IMG/VR virus record: IMGVR_UViG_3300000234_000002
Coordinates: 1-64,000 of that record
Origin: a virus
Strand: one strand, 5' to 3'
DNA: 64,000 nt
Shown: positions 19,624 through 29,686 of the stretch, in pieces
How the letters are laid out: the number at the start of each line of letters is the position of its first letter
Position numbering within the stretch: position 1 is the first letter of the stretch
Made by a program: the position numbers and the translations under genes
The notes under the pieces: model-generated
Told to the model about the DNA's origin: nothing
Databases searched by the model: none
Seen by the model: only the letters and a program-made list of their open reading frames with translations

Positions 19624-20508
19624 ATGACCTCTCTAGTAAAATCCATCTACCCCGAAATTTCTTGTCCTCCGTGGCTTCCTAACGCCGTGTGTTACGAAGT
19701 CATTATGGGAAGTAACGCCTATGGAGTATCCTCCGATGACTCCGACACGGACATTTATGGTTTTTGCATCCCTAAAAAGGAAATGATTTTTCCGCATTTG
19801 GCGGGAGAAATCTTCGGATTCGGATCTCAAGCCAAAAGATTTGACGTTTGGCAAGAACATCATATTAAAAATAAAGATAAAGAATATGACTTTTCTATTT
19901 ATGGAATTGTGAAGTTTTTCCAGCTTTGCATGGAAAACAATCCTAATATGATAGATTCACTTTTTGTTCCTAATAACTGTGTTATTTATTCAAATGCCGT
20001 AGGACAACATGTTCGTGAGAATCGTCATAAGTTTCTCCATAAGGGCTGTTTCCACAAGCTAAAGGGATATGCTTATTCTCAACTCAACAAAATGAAGAAC
20101 GGTAGTCCTCGTGAAAATTCAAAGAGGGCTGAAAGCATAGCCAAATATGGTTTTGACGTGAAATTCGGATATCATGTTGTGAGGCTCGTTTTGGAAGCCG
20201 AACAAATTCTCACAACTGGAGATTTGAATCTTCAACTCCATAAAGAACAGTTGAAAGCGATAAGACGTGGAGAAGTTCCACTCGAAAAAATCGAAGAGTT
20301 TTTTAATGAAAAAGAGAAAGTTCTTGAGGGTCTTTATCATTCATCAACAGTAATTCCTTATTCTCCGGATGAAAACGCAATAAAAGAGCTTCTCATAAAT
20401 TGTTTAGAAATGCACTACGGCTCTCTTGAGAAAGCCGTAGTCATTGAGGATTCTCACATCAAAGCTCTTCGAGATATCAAAAAGATTCTCGAAAAAGCCA
20501 ACATTTAG
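19624..20508 (+). CDS. Pol-beta-superfamily nucleotidyltransferase (YcgL/RlaP-like)
   Basis: MGSNAYG..SDTDIYG; NNPNMIDSLF; GYAYSQ; GFDVKFGYH.VRL; LKAIRRGE. Confidence 0.85.
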   Translation: MTSLVKSIYPEISCPPWLPNAVCYEVIMGSNAYGVSSDDSDTDIYGFCIPKKEMIFPHLAGEIFGFGSQAKRFDVWQEHHIKNKDKEYDFSIYGIVKFFQLCMENNPNMIDSLFVPNNCVIYSNAVGQHVRENRHKFLHKGCFHKLKGYAYSQLNKMKNGSPRENSKRAESIAKYGFDVKFGYHVVRLVLEAEQILTTGDLNLQLHKEQLKAIRRGEVPLEKIEEFFNEKEKVLEGLYHSSTVIPYSPDENAIKELLINCLEMHYGSLEKAVVIEDSHIKALRDIKKILEKANI

Positions 20509-20545
20509 GTTTTTCCACTTCATGAAAGTTCTGGGGAGATAAAAC

Positions 20546-20965
20546 TCAACCTGAATTTTCAGAAGTCTCAATTATATCACAAAGTAAAGAATCTAGATAG
20601 TGATGAGAAAATTCGTCACCAAGAAAACCTAACGTCTGACTATCTCCCCATCTTTCATCAGATATTTCAACACCATCACAGGTAAAAACACCATCAGTGT
20701 TGTTTTTATCGAGTCGTCCATCAAATGTGCATTTTCTTCCATCGTGAAGAGTGAATTCAAAATATCCATCAATTATATCAAATGATTTATCTTTTTGGCT
20801 AATATATTCTCGAATTTTCACAACATTTGGGGTGAATAAATTTCCGGCGATCTTCTTAACAAGACCCTTTATAGCGCTTGCGACCCTCGCCTTATCAGGC
20901 GTCTTCGACGCCTCGATAGCGGCAGCGATTTTTCTTAACTCAGTGGCAACTTGCGAGGGCCTCAT
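20546..20965 (-). CDS. leader-family protein C
   Basis: Start revised to ATG 20965; leader + 99-aa unrelated cargo. Confidence 0.8.
   Translation of the reverse strand: MRPSQVATELRKIAAAIEASKTPDKARVASAIKGLVKKIAGNLFTPNVVKIREYISQKDKSFDIIDGYFEFTLHDGRKCTFDGRLDKNNTDGVFTCDGVEISDERWGDSQTLGFLGDEFSHHYLDSLLCDIIETSENSG
20846..20965 (-). repeat. 120-bp leader repeat, copy C
   Basis: 17 differences from copy A by hand alignment. Confidence 0.95.
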
Positions 20966-20982
20966 TGTGTTTCTTTTATCCG

Positions 20983-21007
20983 AGCTGCGGATCAAAGCTG
21001 CGGATCA
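20983..21007. repeat. 12-bp direct repeat (13-bp period) at the junction of two leader genes
   Basis: agctgcggatca-a-agctgcggatca. Confidence 0.85.
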
Positions 21008-21993
21008 CTAAACAAAAGACCGTCAATTTTTCCATCAATATTAATTAACTCCGATGAAGCTTTTACTAGAACATTTTGCTGACGAATGTAAAGACTTTCA
21101 ATTTCATTTATAACATCATCGCCAAGATGACTGAATTCAGACCTCACATAATTCATATTTAATGGCACAACAGCCTCTGATAAAGCTTCCAAAGCATAAC
21201 CTGCACCCTCAAAGTCATTTAAAAATTTAGTAGCAAGGTTATTAGCATAAGATACATATTCATCATTGTGAGCGATCTTTTTAACAAGACCCTTTATGGC
21301 TGAAGCGACCTTCGTCTTATCAGGCGTCTTCGACGCCTCGATAGCGGCAGCAATTTTTCTTAGCTCAGTGGCAACTTGCGAGGGCTTCATGACATTTCCT
21401 TTATCCGAAGAAGTTTTCGTTTCGAGAACGTCCTTCAAAATTTCATTGAGGTCATTATCAAGTTCTAGCTTTGCAGCTTTTACCTTTTCAATATAACTAT
21501 CGTAAACTTTCTTTAATTTTAGCGCTTCATATTCTTCGACTCTCGGATGGTCGGCTTTAGGGAAACGCTTCAAACAAGAATCATAAGTTTTATACGCAGC
21601 ATTGTAAGCATCGTTAAATTTTGGAACGAACGACTTATGGAATTTACTGAAGAACTTATTGGCCGAGTTATTCCACTCGGACATTGAGTCTTTCTCTATA
21701 TTTTCTTTAACCTGAGTTACAATGTCTTTCCCTTTAGCGGAAAGGTATTTCTGAGCGATTCTTTTGGACACTAAGCTATTGGATGACACTTGTGAATTCC
21801 CAACTTCTTTTTGTGCCCAAGAATCACCTTCAGGAGTATTGTAGACCAGACATTTATAACCTTGAATTTTCAAGTATCCGGAGAATGTTGAATCTCTAAC
21901 AACATTCTCCGGTACATTCTTAACATCCCACTGGCCGTCAGGCTGTAAATGGAAACCGAGACCCGACGTCATTTTAAAATCGTCTGATAACAT
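20992..21993 (-). CDS. 333-aa protein with an internal leader copy D; probable second start at 21390
   Basis: Leader in frame at aa 202-241; AAGGA precedes the internal ATG. Confidence 0.75.
   Translation of the reverse strand: MLSDDFKMTSGLGFHLQPDGQWDVKNVPENVVRDSTFSGYLKIQGYKCLVYNTPEGDSWAQKEVGNSQVSSNSLVSKRIAQKYLSAKGKDIVTQVKENIEKDSMSEWNNSANKFFSKFHKSFVPKFNDAYNAAYKTYDSCLKRFPKADHPRVEEYEALKLKKVYDSYIEKVKAAKLELDNDLNEILKDVLETKTSSDKGNVMKPSQVATELRKIAAAIEASKTPDKTKVASAIKGLVKKIAHNDEYVSYANNLATKFLNDFEGAGYALEALSEAVVPLNMNYVRSEFSHLGDDVINEIESLYIRQQNVLVKASSELINIDGKIDGLLFSDPQL
21271..21390 (-). repeat. 120-bp leader repeat, copy D (intragenic)
   Basis: Direct sequence match. Confidence 0.97.
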
Positions 21994-22008
21994 CAGGTTA
22001 CCCTAAAT

Positions 22009-22494
22009 TCACTCTCCGTGATGACCTTTTCCACGTCTATCGAAGTAATAGGTAGAATTCTTCGACTGATCACCGTAAACGGAGTGAACAGCTTTCTCAA
22101 TTTGCTCAAGCGGCTTATCGAGGTCCTCAACGGTGTCTACTTGCTGGAAAATTCCAGCAAGTTTATGGACCGAAGAAGCCAAAGTGCGACGAGCTTTGAC
22201 GTCCGAGCGTCTCTCGGTCGCGGCTACTGCTTTCTTCAAAGTCTCCAGAATCGAAGAAATCTTCGAATAGATCTTCGCGTTGTGAGTAGAAGCGCTATGG
22301 AGAGTGTCGATTTGGCTGTGGATGAAACCGATGTCGTCTTTCATCGACTCTTTACCGAAAGATTCCTCAGCTTCGCTTGCCTGTTCACTTATAACTTTAA
22401 TTTCTTCCTGAAGTTCTTGAACAGTATCCGTGACAGCTTCGGACTGAGGGTCCATATTGGCAAGTTTGCGAACAGTGGAGATCAAAGATTTCAT
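22009..22494 (-). CDS. coiled-coil protein, possibly head-internal or scaffold
   Basis: SD (AAGGA), GC-richer codons, VRKLA/VHKLA motifs. Confidence 0.55.
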   Translation of the reverse strand: MKSLISTVRKLANMDPQSEAVTDTVQELQEEIKVISEQASEAEESFGKESMKDDIGFIHSQIDTLHSASTHNAKIYSKISSILETLKKAVAATERRSDVKARRTLASSVHKLAGIFQQVDTVEDLDKPLEQIEKAVHSVYGDQSKNSTYYFDRRGKGHHGE

Positions 22495-22529
22495 GGTTTC
22501 CTTTCAATTCTTTCCTATCAATAGCTTAA

Positions 22530-24032
22530 TCAAACAAAAGAACTTTGGTTGGATTCTATCAAAATGCTGTCTGGAGGTGATTGATATTTATGATGTTTCT
22601 TAGACATCTGGCCAATTTTATGATTATCAATAATTTGCTTAGTTGCTTTTATGATGTTGTCGAGGCTGAAATAGCATACGCCCTCAACAACTCTTCCTTC
22701 AGCCACAGCATTTTTAATCGTATTCTTAACCAAACTCTTGATATAGTCGCCAGTCAAACCTTCAGTGAGTTCAATAATGTTGGAAAAAGAATCTGCGGTA
22801 AAACTATCATCATGCTGAGTGCAATATGATTTGAAGAACTTAGAAATCATTTCTCTTCTGTCGACAGCATCAGGAAGAGGGATTTCAATTTTCGAGTCAA
22901 ATCTTCCAGGTCGATTGATAAGGGCTTCATCCATAGAAAAAACGTCATTGGTGGAAGCCATAACAACCACACCAGAGTTTTCTCTAGCACCGTCTAAACA
23001 AGCTAAAAACTCGTTCAAAATTCTTCCGGATCCACCAAAACTCGATCTATCTTGACCGAAAAGGTCCATATCTTCTATAAAAATTATGCAAGGAGTCAAA
23101 GCTCTGGCAGCTTCAAAAAGCGAAGTCACATGGTCTGCCTGATTTATTGACTTACCGGTGCACCATATGCGAGTCATGCCTTCCGAGACTTCACAGTCTA
23201 TGGCTCGGAAAGTCATGGTTTTTGCCATACCGGGAGGTGATATGAGCATTACGTTATTGGAAGGCGGCATCCCAAGTTCAAGAAATTTATCGGCATTCTT
23301 TAATATTTCAACAGTGTTATTTCTTATCATTTCCTTCAGAGAAGGCTTCATTATAATGGAGTCCCAAGAGGTGTTGGTGACTTCACCAAAACCAAAAATT
23401 CCCTGATCATAAGTTAAACATTTCTTATAATAAATATCGTTTACCATTCTAGACTCGTCAAGATCAACCAAGAAATTCTCAGCAAGTTGAGAATTTTCAG
23501 GGTTCGTCATGACAGAGACACTGCAACTCATGCTTGTGTAGCACAAGTCCAAGTTCACAGTCAAATTCTTATTCGTTTTACGGCATTTGACGAAAAAACA
23601 TCCAAAAGCCGGAAGAAGCATTTTTTGATTTAAAGATATTTCAAAAAGCTCAGATTGAATTCTGAAATTGTAATCATTTTTAATCATATCCGAAAACTCA
23701 TAAGAGTCCATGAACGGAATAATGTCGTAAGATGAAGAAGGTCCGTTGAAAAGGCAATAGAATGAATAAGAATTCAGGGCTCGAGACCAGCTCGGATAGG
23801 TTCTATTTACAGAAGTGCACTTATAAAGAGAAGATTCAAGCCAAATCTCTTTTATGTGGTTAACCGGATCCGATGGATACCACTTTTGGGGAGCTTTTTT
23901 GTTTCTTTCATCGACCTTATAAAAGTAAGTGTCAACAAAGTAATTTATAAGACCTGAAACCATAGAACTGATATTATAAGGTTTAGAGTCAAGATTTTTA
24001 ATATAATTAGCAGTTTTAGCTAAGTTACTCAT
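22530..24032 (-). CDS. AAA+ ATPase (classical clade) with atypical Walker A
   Basis: SPPGMAKT, IIFIEDMD, MASTN..MDEALINRPGRFD, LPD. Confidence 0.9.
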   Translation of the reverse strand: MSNLAKTANYIKNLDSKPYNISSMVSGLINYFVDTYFYKVDERNKKAPQKWYPSDPVNHIKEIWLESSLYKCTSVNRTYPSWSRALNSYSFYCLFNGPSSSYDIIPFMDSYEFSDMIKNDYNFRIQSELFEISLNQKMLLPAFGCFFVKCRKTNKNLTVNLDLCYTSMSCSVSVMTNPENSQLAENFLVDLDESRMVNDIYYKKCLTYDQGIFGFGEVTNTSWDSIIMKPSLKEMIRNNTVEILKNADKFLELGMPPSNNVMLISPPGMAKTMTFRAIDCEVSEGMTRIWCTGKSINQADHVTSLFEAARALTPCIIFIEDMDLFGQDRSSFGGSGRILNEFLACLDGARENSGVVVMASTNDVFSMDEALINRPGRFDSKIEIPLPDAVDRREMISKFFKSYCTQHDDSFTADSFSNIIELTEGLTGDYIKSLVKNTIKNAVAEGRVVEGVCYFSLDNIIKATKQIIDNHKIGQMSKKHHKYQSPPDSILIESNQSSFV

Positions 24033-24058
24033 GCAAACTGTACTTTAATAGGAGCTTA

Positions 24059-25852
24059 TTAGAAGGACATAGAATCTAAATATTTATCCCAAATATAAAT
24101 TTTATCTGAGAAATTCATATTCAATGAAATACTCGCAACAGAAGATGACTTTCTTCTTTTAAGGGCTTTATCTGCATATCCTCTTAGTTCCTCGTTTTCA
24201 TTTTCTGAAATTTCTTCAAGTGTTTTTAAAGGTGTGTTTGGGTTGCCACAAAGCCATACTAATGTTATGAAATCACCAGTTTTTGAAAATTTATGGAGTA
24301 CTTCAGGAGGACTTTTTGGATTGCTGGAGATAGACTTAATGAACTCTGGGTCTTCAGTATCCGAAAAACTTTCAATTATTTCGACGGGAATTTTCGGGTT
24401 ATTGAGCAAAGAAGTTATTGAATGATGATCTCCATATTCAATGATTTCATTTGCGATTTCATTATTAATATTTGAATTGCGAGCAATGCCTCTTTGAATA
24501 TGGGGATCTTTTTTTCTTGCCAAAAGAATAAGAATTTCTGAAGAAACTTTTTTATTTGCACCTAAAGCGTTCAAAACTTCTTTGTTATGACTTTCTGAAA
24601 GTGCTTCAATAATTCCGGGTGTTATATTTTTATTACTAGCCAAACTTGCAAGAACTTCATGATCATCGTCCAATAAATTTTCAAGAATTTCAACAGGAGT
24701 CAAAGGATTAGATGCTATAACTGATCGAACTTCAAGGTCTTTGTCAGTTGATAATTTTTCGATAATACTCCGTGGTAAATTAGTATTAGTACCCAAAAAA
24801 GCACGAATCTCTGCACTTTCATGATTTGAAAATTTTTCTAAAGTATTAGCATCCGTATTTGGGTTGCGAACAACACCTGAAAGAACGTCATAATCTTCGG
24901 AGTTTGAAAGTTTTTCCAAAATGTATGGTGGGGTGCTGTGATTATAAGCAATACCAATATTAGTATTAACATCGTTTTCATCAAATAATAACTCAATCAT
25001 ATAGGGAGTCAAGTTTTCATTTGAAGAAATTGCTTTTTTTATTTCCTTATTGTCACTCTTAACAAGATCTTCTTGTTCTTTTTTAGATAACTCTTCACCC
25101 GACCCGAATTTTGCAAGTGCACTCTTTGGAGCATCTTTAGCTTTTTGATCGCAAACATTCATAATACTATTGAAACTATCACCTAAATATTTTGAAACTT
25201 TATAATCAGAAAGTTGTTTGTCATAGGAGTTCCAAAATATTTTCTCTTCAGTGTTATTATCAACGTCTCTTTGATAGCTTATCGCTATTTTATAAAGTGG
25301 ATCCGAAATATCGGATTTTTTGTTTAATACGAAAAAGAAAACACAATTTGATAATTGATACTCCTCATAATATGATGCACCCTTCATCGTTATACACCAT
25401 TTAGAGCCTTGACCGTGGAATATTGAAGCAGCTTTATTTTTTATCCACAAAACTTCAAAATCATCATTTTCAAAAATTTTCTCAGAATCAGGAACTTCTT
25501 CTAGTTTATAACGTTTTTGAACTTTATCTTTCCTACCCGATTGGTTATCTTTCAATTCAAATAACTGGTCTCTAAGTTCCGTAAATTCATTAAATTTATA
25601 CTGATAAATATCTCGCTTTTCTAAATTCTTCCCAAATTTCTCGAAAAGTTCAACAACATCAGCAATTTCAGCAGAAAGTGCTTGCCCAGACTCAAGTATT
25701 TTAAGTTCCCACTCAAGATATTTATTCTTCCCTTTTGTGGGATCTTTAGAACTAAAATACTCTATGTCTTTTTGATACTGTGGATATTTGACTAAAGCAT
25801 CTTTTTCTGATAATGCAGCGATAATTGAATATGCTATACGAACTAAATTCAT
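24059..25852 (-). CDS. alpha-solenoid (LRV/HEAT-like repeat) protein, paralogue 1
   Basis: About 13 units of A.NPNTP..ILEKLS.D; N-terminal domain with GSKWCITM. Confidence 0.8.
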   Translation of the reverse strand: MNLVRIAYSIIAALSEKDALVKYPQYQKDIEYFSSKDPTKGKNKYLEWELKILESGQALSAEIADVVELFEKFGKNLEKRDIYQYKFNEFTELRDQLFELKDNQSGRKDKVQKRYKLEEVPDSEKIFENDDFEVLWIKNKAASIFHGQGSKWCITMKGASYYEEYQLSNCVFFFVLNKKSDISDPLYKIAISYQRDVDNNTEEKIFWNSYDKQLSDYKVSKYLGDSFNSIMNVCDQKAKDAPKSALAKFGSGEELSKKEQEDLVKSDNKEIKKAISSNENLTPYMIELLFDENDVNTNIGIAYNHSTPPYILEKLSNSEDYDVLSGVVRNPNTDANTLEKFSNHESAEIRAFLGTNTNLPRSIIEKLSTDKDLEVRSVIASNPLTPVEILENLLDDDHEVLASLASNKNITPGIIEALSESHNKEVLNALGANKKVSSEILILLARKKDPHIQRGIARNSNINNEIANEIIEYGDHHSITSLLNNPKIPVEIIESFSDTEDPEFIKSISSNPKSPPEVLHKFSKTGDFITLVWLCGNPNTPLKTLEEISENENEELRGYADKALKRRKSSSVASISLNMNFSDKIYIWDKYLDSMSF

Positions 25853-25874
25853 ACTTTTTTTTCTTATTATAAGT

Positions 25875-26381
25875 TTATACAGACATTATTTTAAATGGAG
25901 GACGAACTGCATTGCTGTGAATAGAAGCAGCTTTCAATGCAGTTTTTATTCGGGTCTTAGGATCAAAACCAACAGTTGAGGCTAAAGAACCTAAACAGAT
26001 TTCGTCTGCTATTCCTATTGCATTATAACAGTTTACGGATCTTTCTAAGTGGTAATCATTGTAACTGGTCCAAATGCGACCTTTGCTACCAACTATTATT
26101 TGCCAGTCGTTTAAATTATATTTATTACTCTTTATGTATCGATGAAAAGAATCCATGAAGATGTTACCATCGTCATCCGATCCTAAAGGTTCTAACGGTT
26201 TAAAATTCAAAAAAGCCGTTTCAAATTTCCAATTTCCTGCAAATCCGACAAGCCAGCCATTTCTTTTAAAAAGTTTTTTATTTGTAACAGAACAAATAGT
26301 AGAATTCGACACTCCGGAACTAGCAGAGTCCGAACCGAACCAAACTTTCCCATCTGATTCAATGCCAACTACTGCAGTCAT
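25875..26381 (-). CDS. HslV/proteasome-beta-like Ntn hydrolase
   Basis: MTAVVGI..GKVWFGSDS (N-terminal Thr), KKLF, VGFAG, YNAIG; start revised to the Met before Thr. Confidence 0.7.
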   Translation of the reverse strand: MTAVVGIESDGKVWFGSDSASSGVSNSTICSVTNKKLFKRNGWLVGFAGNWKFETAFLNFKPLEPLGSDDDGNIFMDSFHRYIKSNKYNLNDWQIIVGSKGRIWTSYNDYHLERSVNCYNAIGIADEICLGSLASTVGFDPKTRIKTALKAASIHSNAVRPPFKIMSV

Positions 26382-26390
26382 TTTCATTCC

Positions 26391-27605
26391 TCATTTATGA
26401 ATTGGGTGATTTTCGTCAACCCAAATCGGAGAAACTAGGCACTTTCCTCGTTTAGAATCAAGAAGATAACTTGCTTGAACCGGTTCTTGATAAGAGGCAC
26501 GGACCGAAGTTCCATAAGCCGAATGGCCTATGACTGAACCATTACATATCACTCGTCCTAAATCCAAAAACGTGTGCCAATGACCTATATGGTGGTAATG
26601 AGCTTTTAAACCAGGGATGGTATCCCAGGAAGAAACATATTTCATAAGGGGAATCGAAAGTCCACCAATTCCACCAGAGTATTTTGTTTCATCTCCATGA
26701 TGAAAATGGAGGTTCCAACCGTAAACACTAATGATGGTGTGGGCGCTTTTAGGAGCTTCTATTTTAACTCTGGGTTCATTTTTATAATAATGTTGAACGT
26801 CTTTGTAAACCGCCCATTCGTAAGAGTGGCTCCAACCGGTAGCTACTCTTCTTTCTTTAGTGGTTCGACCATGATTTCCGTAGTTACACGGGACTAAAAT
26901 ATTTTCAATTTGATCATCAGCCAAGAACGAGTCTATGGCTTCTACCATCATGTTTTTGAATACGGAAGCTGCCTGTAATGGAGCGAGAGATGTGGTTTCC
27001 ACGAGTTCATCGTGAATATGGCCTGTTATGTGATCTCCACCGAACCACAAAACAACGTCTCGAATTTTATAAGATGATCTATGGTGAGCAAGAAGCCAAT
27101 GGGCTCCTTCATACATTCTTTTGATTCTTGATTTTGCAATATCAAGAGAATATGAATTGCAACCGCCAACACTTTCAGAGTCAACAGTCTCCTCTATATG
27201 CCAATCCGAACCCATAACAACCAAGGCACCTTCTCTTTCGTGCCTTTCTCTTTGATTTATAAAGATTGTCCTCTCGATTGGTTGAGAGGACAATTCATCG
27301 TGAAATTTATTTTTTAGTCTTTCTTCTATTAACCTATCTGAGAGTTCTGAAATTTGAGATTTTAAGTCTTTTTCTTGAAACTTTCGAAGTTTCTTTTGAA
27401 CAATTTCTTCAGACTGGCTATTGACAAACCATCCTACAGTATTATTTGACTTTTTAGAAAATAAGACTTTATCTATTTCGAGTTCACGAATTTCTCTAGT
27501 TATAACAGAATGGTGAATTTTTAAAGAATTGGAGATGCTAGTTACGTTGGAACCTGGATTGGACTTCAGATAGTCCAATATTAGGTTTGCGTTTTTGCTT
27601 AGCAT
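26391..27605 (-). CDS. winged-HTH + calcineurin-like metallophosphoesterase
   Basis: SDWH, GGD, GNHGR, HHGD, GHWH motifs; N-terminal ILDYLKSNPG..ISNSL HTH. Confidence 0.85.
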   Translation of the reverse strand: MLSKNANLILDYLKSNPGSNVTSISNSLKIHHSVITREIRELEIDKVLFSKKSNNTVGWFVNSQSEEIVQKKLRKFQEKDLKSQISELSDRLIEERLKNKFHDELSSQPIERTIFINQRERHEREGALVVMGSDWHIEETVDSESVGGCNSYSLDIAKSRIKRMYEGAHWLLAHHRSSYKIRDVVLWFGGDHITGHIHDELVETTSLAPLQAASVFKNMMVEAIDSFLADDQIENILVPCNYGNHGRTTKERRVATGWSHSYEWAVYKDVQHYYKNEPRVKIEAPKSAHTIISVYGWNLHFHHGDETKYSGGIGGLSIPLMKYVSSWDTIPGLKAHYHHIGHWHTFLDLGRVICNGSVIGHSAYGTSVRASYQEPVQASYLLDSKRGKCLVSPIWVDENHPIHK

Positions 27606-27660
27606 GACACAACAAATCGTAAAAAGAAGATTATTAAAAAGCGGTACAATTTTATTGAAA

Positions 27661-27978
27661 TTATTTATTCACAACGAATATTACTATACCAAAAATCGTA
27701 ATGGCGAAACCAGTCATTTTAGTATATGATATCTCAAAAAATGAATTACTGAAGTATCCTATCAATAATGGGTACATAATAACAAGTATTAAGTCATAAA
27801 TTATCGCATCCTTCAAGATGTCTTTAGAATAAGAGGCAACAATCGTCCAAGTGGGAACAAGTCCCATTAGATACATAATAACAGAATAGTGACTTCCACG
27901 GTGTAAGTTACAGCTAAGCCATGAATTTATGGATATTGTTATTAATAAAATTGGTATCCAATAAATCATCATCCGCAA
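27661..27978 (-). CDS. small membrane protein (about 4 TM segments)
   Basis: Hydrophobic segments; SMR/DMT-like size. Confidence 0.55.
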   Translation of the reverse strand: MRMMIYWIPILLITISINSWLSCNLHRGSHYSVIMYLMGLVPTWTIVASYSKDILKDAIIYDLILVIMYPLLIGYFSNSFFEISYTKMTGFAITIFGIVIFVVNK

Positions 27979-28040
27979 TAAGCAAAAAAGATTTATTTAT
28001 ATCATAACATTTAATAAGTATTTAATAGATATTAAATGTT

Positions 28041-28328
28041 ATGATTAGTGGAAAAGAAAAGTTTGTTAGAAAAATGGCTGCTTTAGCTTCTTCTTCAAAT
28101 CAAGAATTAGCAAGTGCAATTAAAACAAAAATATTCCCGAAGTGGATGCGTTCAACGAACCCGAATTGGGAATCAGGTGATACACAAGTTCTTGGAGAAC
28201 CTGTCAAGATGGGTGCACAAGATGGTGAACTCTATCTTGAAGCACGTGGAATTCGCGTTACGCAGGAATGGGATGGGGAGTTAAGTAAGAATTTAAACGA
28301 TCTTTTAGAAAGTTGGCTTAGTCATTAA
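28041..28328 (+). CDS. hypothetical protein (N-terminal VRKMA motif)
   Basis: 95-aa ORF. Confidence 0.6.
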   Translation: MISGKEKFVRKMAALASSSNQELASAIKTKIFPKWMRSTNPNWESGDTQVLGEPVKMGAQDGELYLEARGIRVTQEWDGELSKNLNDLLESWLSH

Positions 28329-28454
28329 TCCGGCCATACTTTGGAAGCCCAGTAGCGAGCATCCCTTCTATTCTTTGAACGAATTATTTTATAGGTACAA
28401 AACGTGGACCAAATAAAATATGCCCAAATGAATCCTGTTAGTATATAAAGAATG

Positions 28455-28748
28455 TTATTCAACACTGTCTAACCAATCATTGAACACCCAAACCGGACGG
28501 CCATCGCAGGTCAAAACTGCATTAGCTTCTACAGCTTTCGCGAGCTTCTCAGGAGTCAGGTCACAAGCATTCGTAAACCCATTTGTATATGATACTTTTT
28601 CCCGGTTAAATGGTTTTGATGGTTCCGGAATTACTAATAAACTACCAAGCTCAACCGATAGGTTTGTCAACCGAGTGGATAATATCTGCATTTCCAAACG
28701 GATTTCTCGTGCTCGCCAGAAATTTCGTTCTTCAATTTTCATTTTCAT
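28455..28748 (-). CDS. hypothetical protein
   Basis: 97 aa, SD GAGGT. Confidence 0.6.
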   Translation of the reverse strand: MKMKIEERNFWRAREIRLEMQILSTRLTNLSVELGSLLVIPEPSKPFNREKVSYTNGFTNACDLTPEKLAKAVEANAVLTCDGRPVWVFNDWLDSVE

Positions 28749-28821
28749 TTATCACCTCGCACAGCATCAATTCGAGCTTCAAGCTTTTTTAGATTTTCCA
28801 AGACATTGGTCATGATCCTTA

Positions 28822-29196
28822 TCAGGTTTTGAGACAGTCATTTCCCCATTTTTGCTTTTGGGGCATTCTGTATGGAGCATTTACACCAGATTCAATTGCA
28901 TCCGGTGATGGAACTTTTCCACGACGAAAACAAGCTTCCTTGAAAACGTGAAAATTGAATTCATACCCCTTAAAATTGATAGTGGCAATTCCCTTATCTT
29001 CTATATCTCGACCATTTTCAATTCCGGCCATGAGATCCCAAAGAGATCTCCTCTGTCCGTTCAAATAACGTTTGAGAGTTTGGGTATACTGTTCATAACT
29101 GTTCAGGGTATTTTGTGCGGCTTCAACCGCTTTGAGATTTGAAGAACTTCTAACTACGAGTTTCAACCATTCGGTTGAAGAAATTTGGTCGATCAT
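28822..29196 (-). CDS. hypothetical protein
   Basis: 124 aa, box gTAATAT 5 nt upstream. Confidence 0.6.
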   Translation of the reverse strand: MIDQISSTEWLKLVVRSSSNLKAVEAAQNTLNSYEQYTQTLKRYLNGQRRSLWDLMAGIENGRDIEDKGIATINFKGYEFNFHVFKEACFRRGKVPSPDAIESGVNAPYRMPQKQKWGNDCLKT

Positions 29197-29211
29197 TTCA
29201 AATATTACATT

Positions 29212-29679
29212 TCAAATACTCGATTGTTCTACACTTAAAAGTAAATGATGATATTTGAGTTTATCTTTATACTCGGAGGTGTGATCCACTATAATAGATA
29301 AATATCTCTTCCTTGGAGGGAAAGAAGAGTATAACTTGATAATATTATCTATGACATAATACTTCTTTTCCGAAAGAAATCTATCGAGAAAATCTCTTAG
29401 AGACTTTTCATTATGAAGACCATTAAATTCAAGACCTTCAAAAATGTTGACAGTGAGAGCCCAGTCATTTAATCTTTCTTTTATATAATCCGGGTAATCA
29501 GTTACCATTCTAGTGCTGGCAGGTAGACAAGCCACAGTCATTATTACTGCACAAAGATTACCCTTAGAATCCAACTGGTGATAAAAACAAATTTGGTCTT
29601 TATCAACAGACATGACTTCGCCAGTAAAATTCGGACATCTAATAACTAATATATCTTCAACTGGATCATAACAAGCCAT
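29212..29679 (-). CDS. hypothetical protein
   Basis: 155 aa, box gTAATGT 4 nt upstream. Confidence 0.6.
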   Translation of the reverse strand: MACYDPVEDILVIRCPNFTGEVMSVDKDQICFYHQLDSKGNLCAVIMTVACLPASTRMVTDYPDYIKERLNDWALTVNIFEGLEFNGLHNEKSLRDFLDRFLSEKKYYVIDNIIKLYSSFPPRKRYLSIIVDHTSEYKDKLKYHHLLLSVEQSSI

Positions 29680-29686
29680 AAAAACA

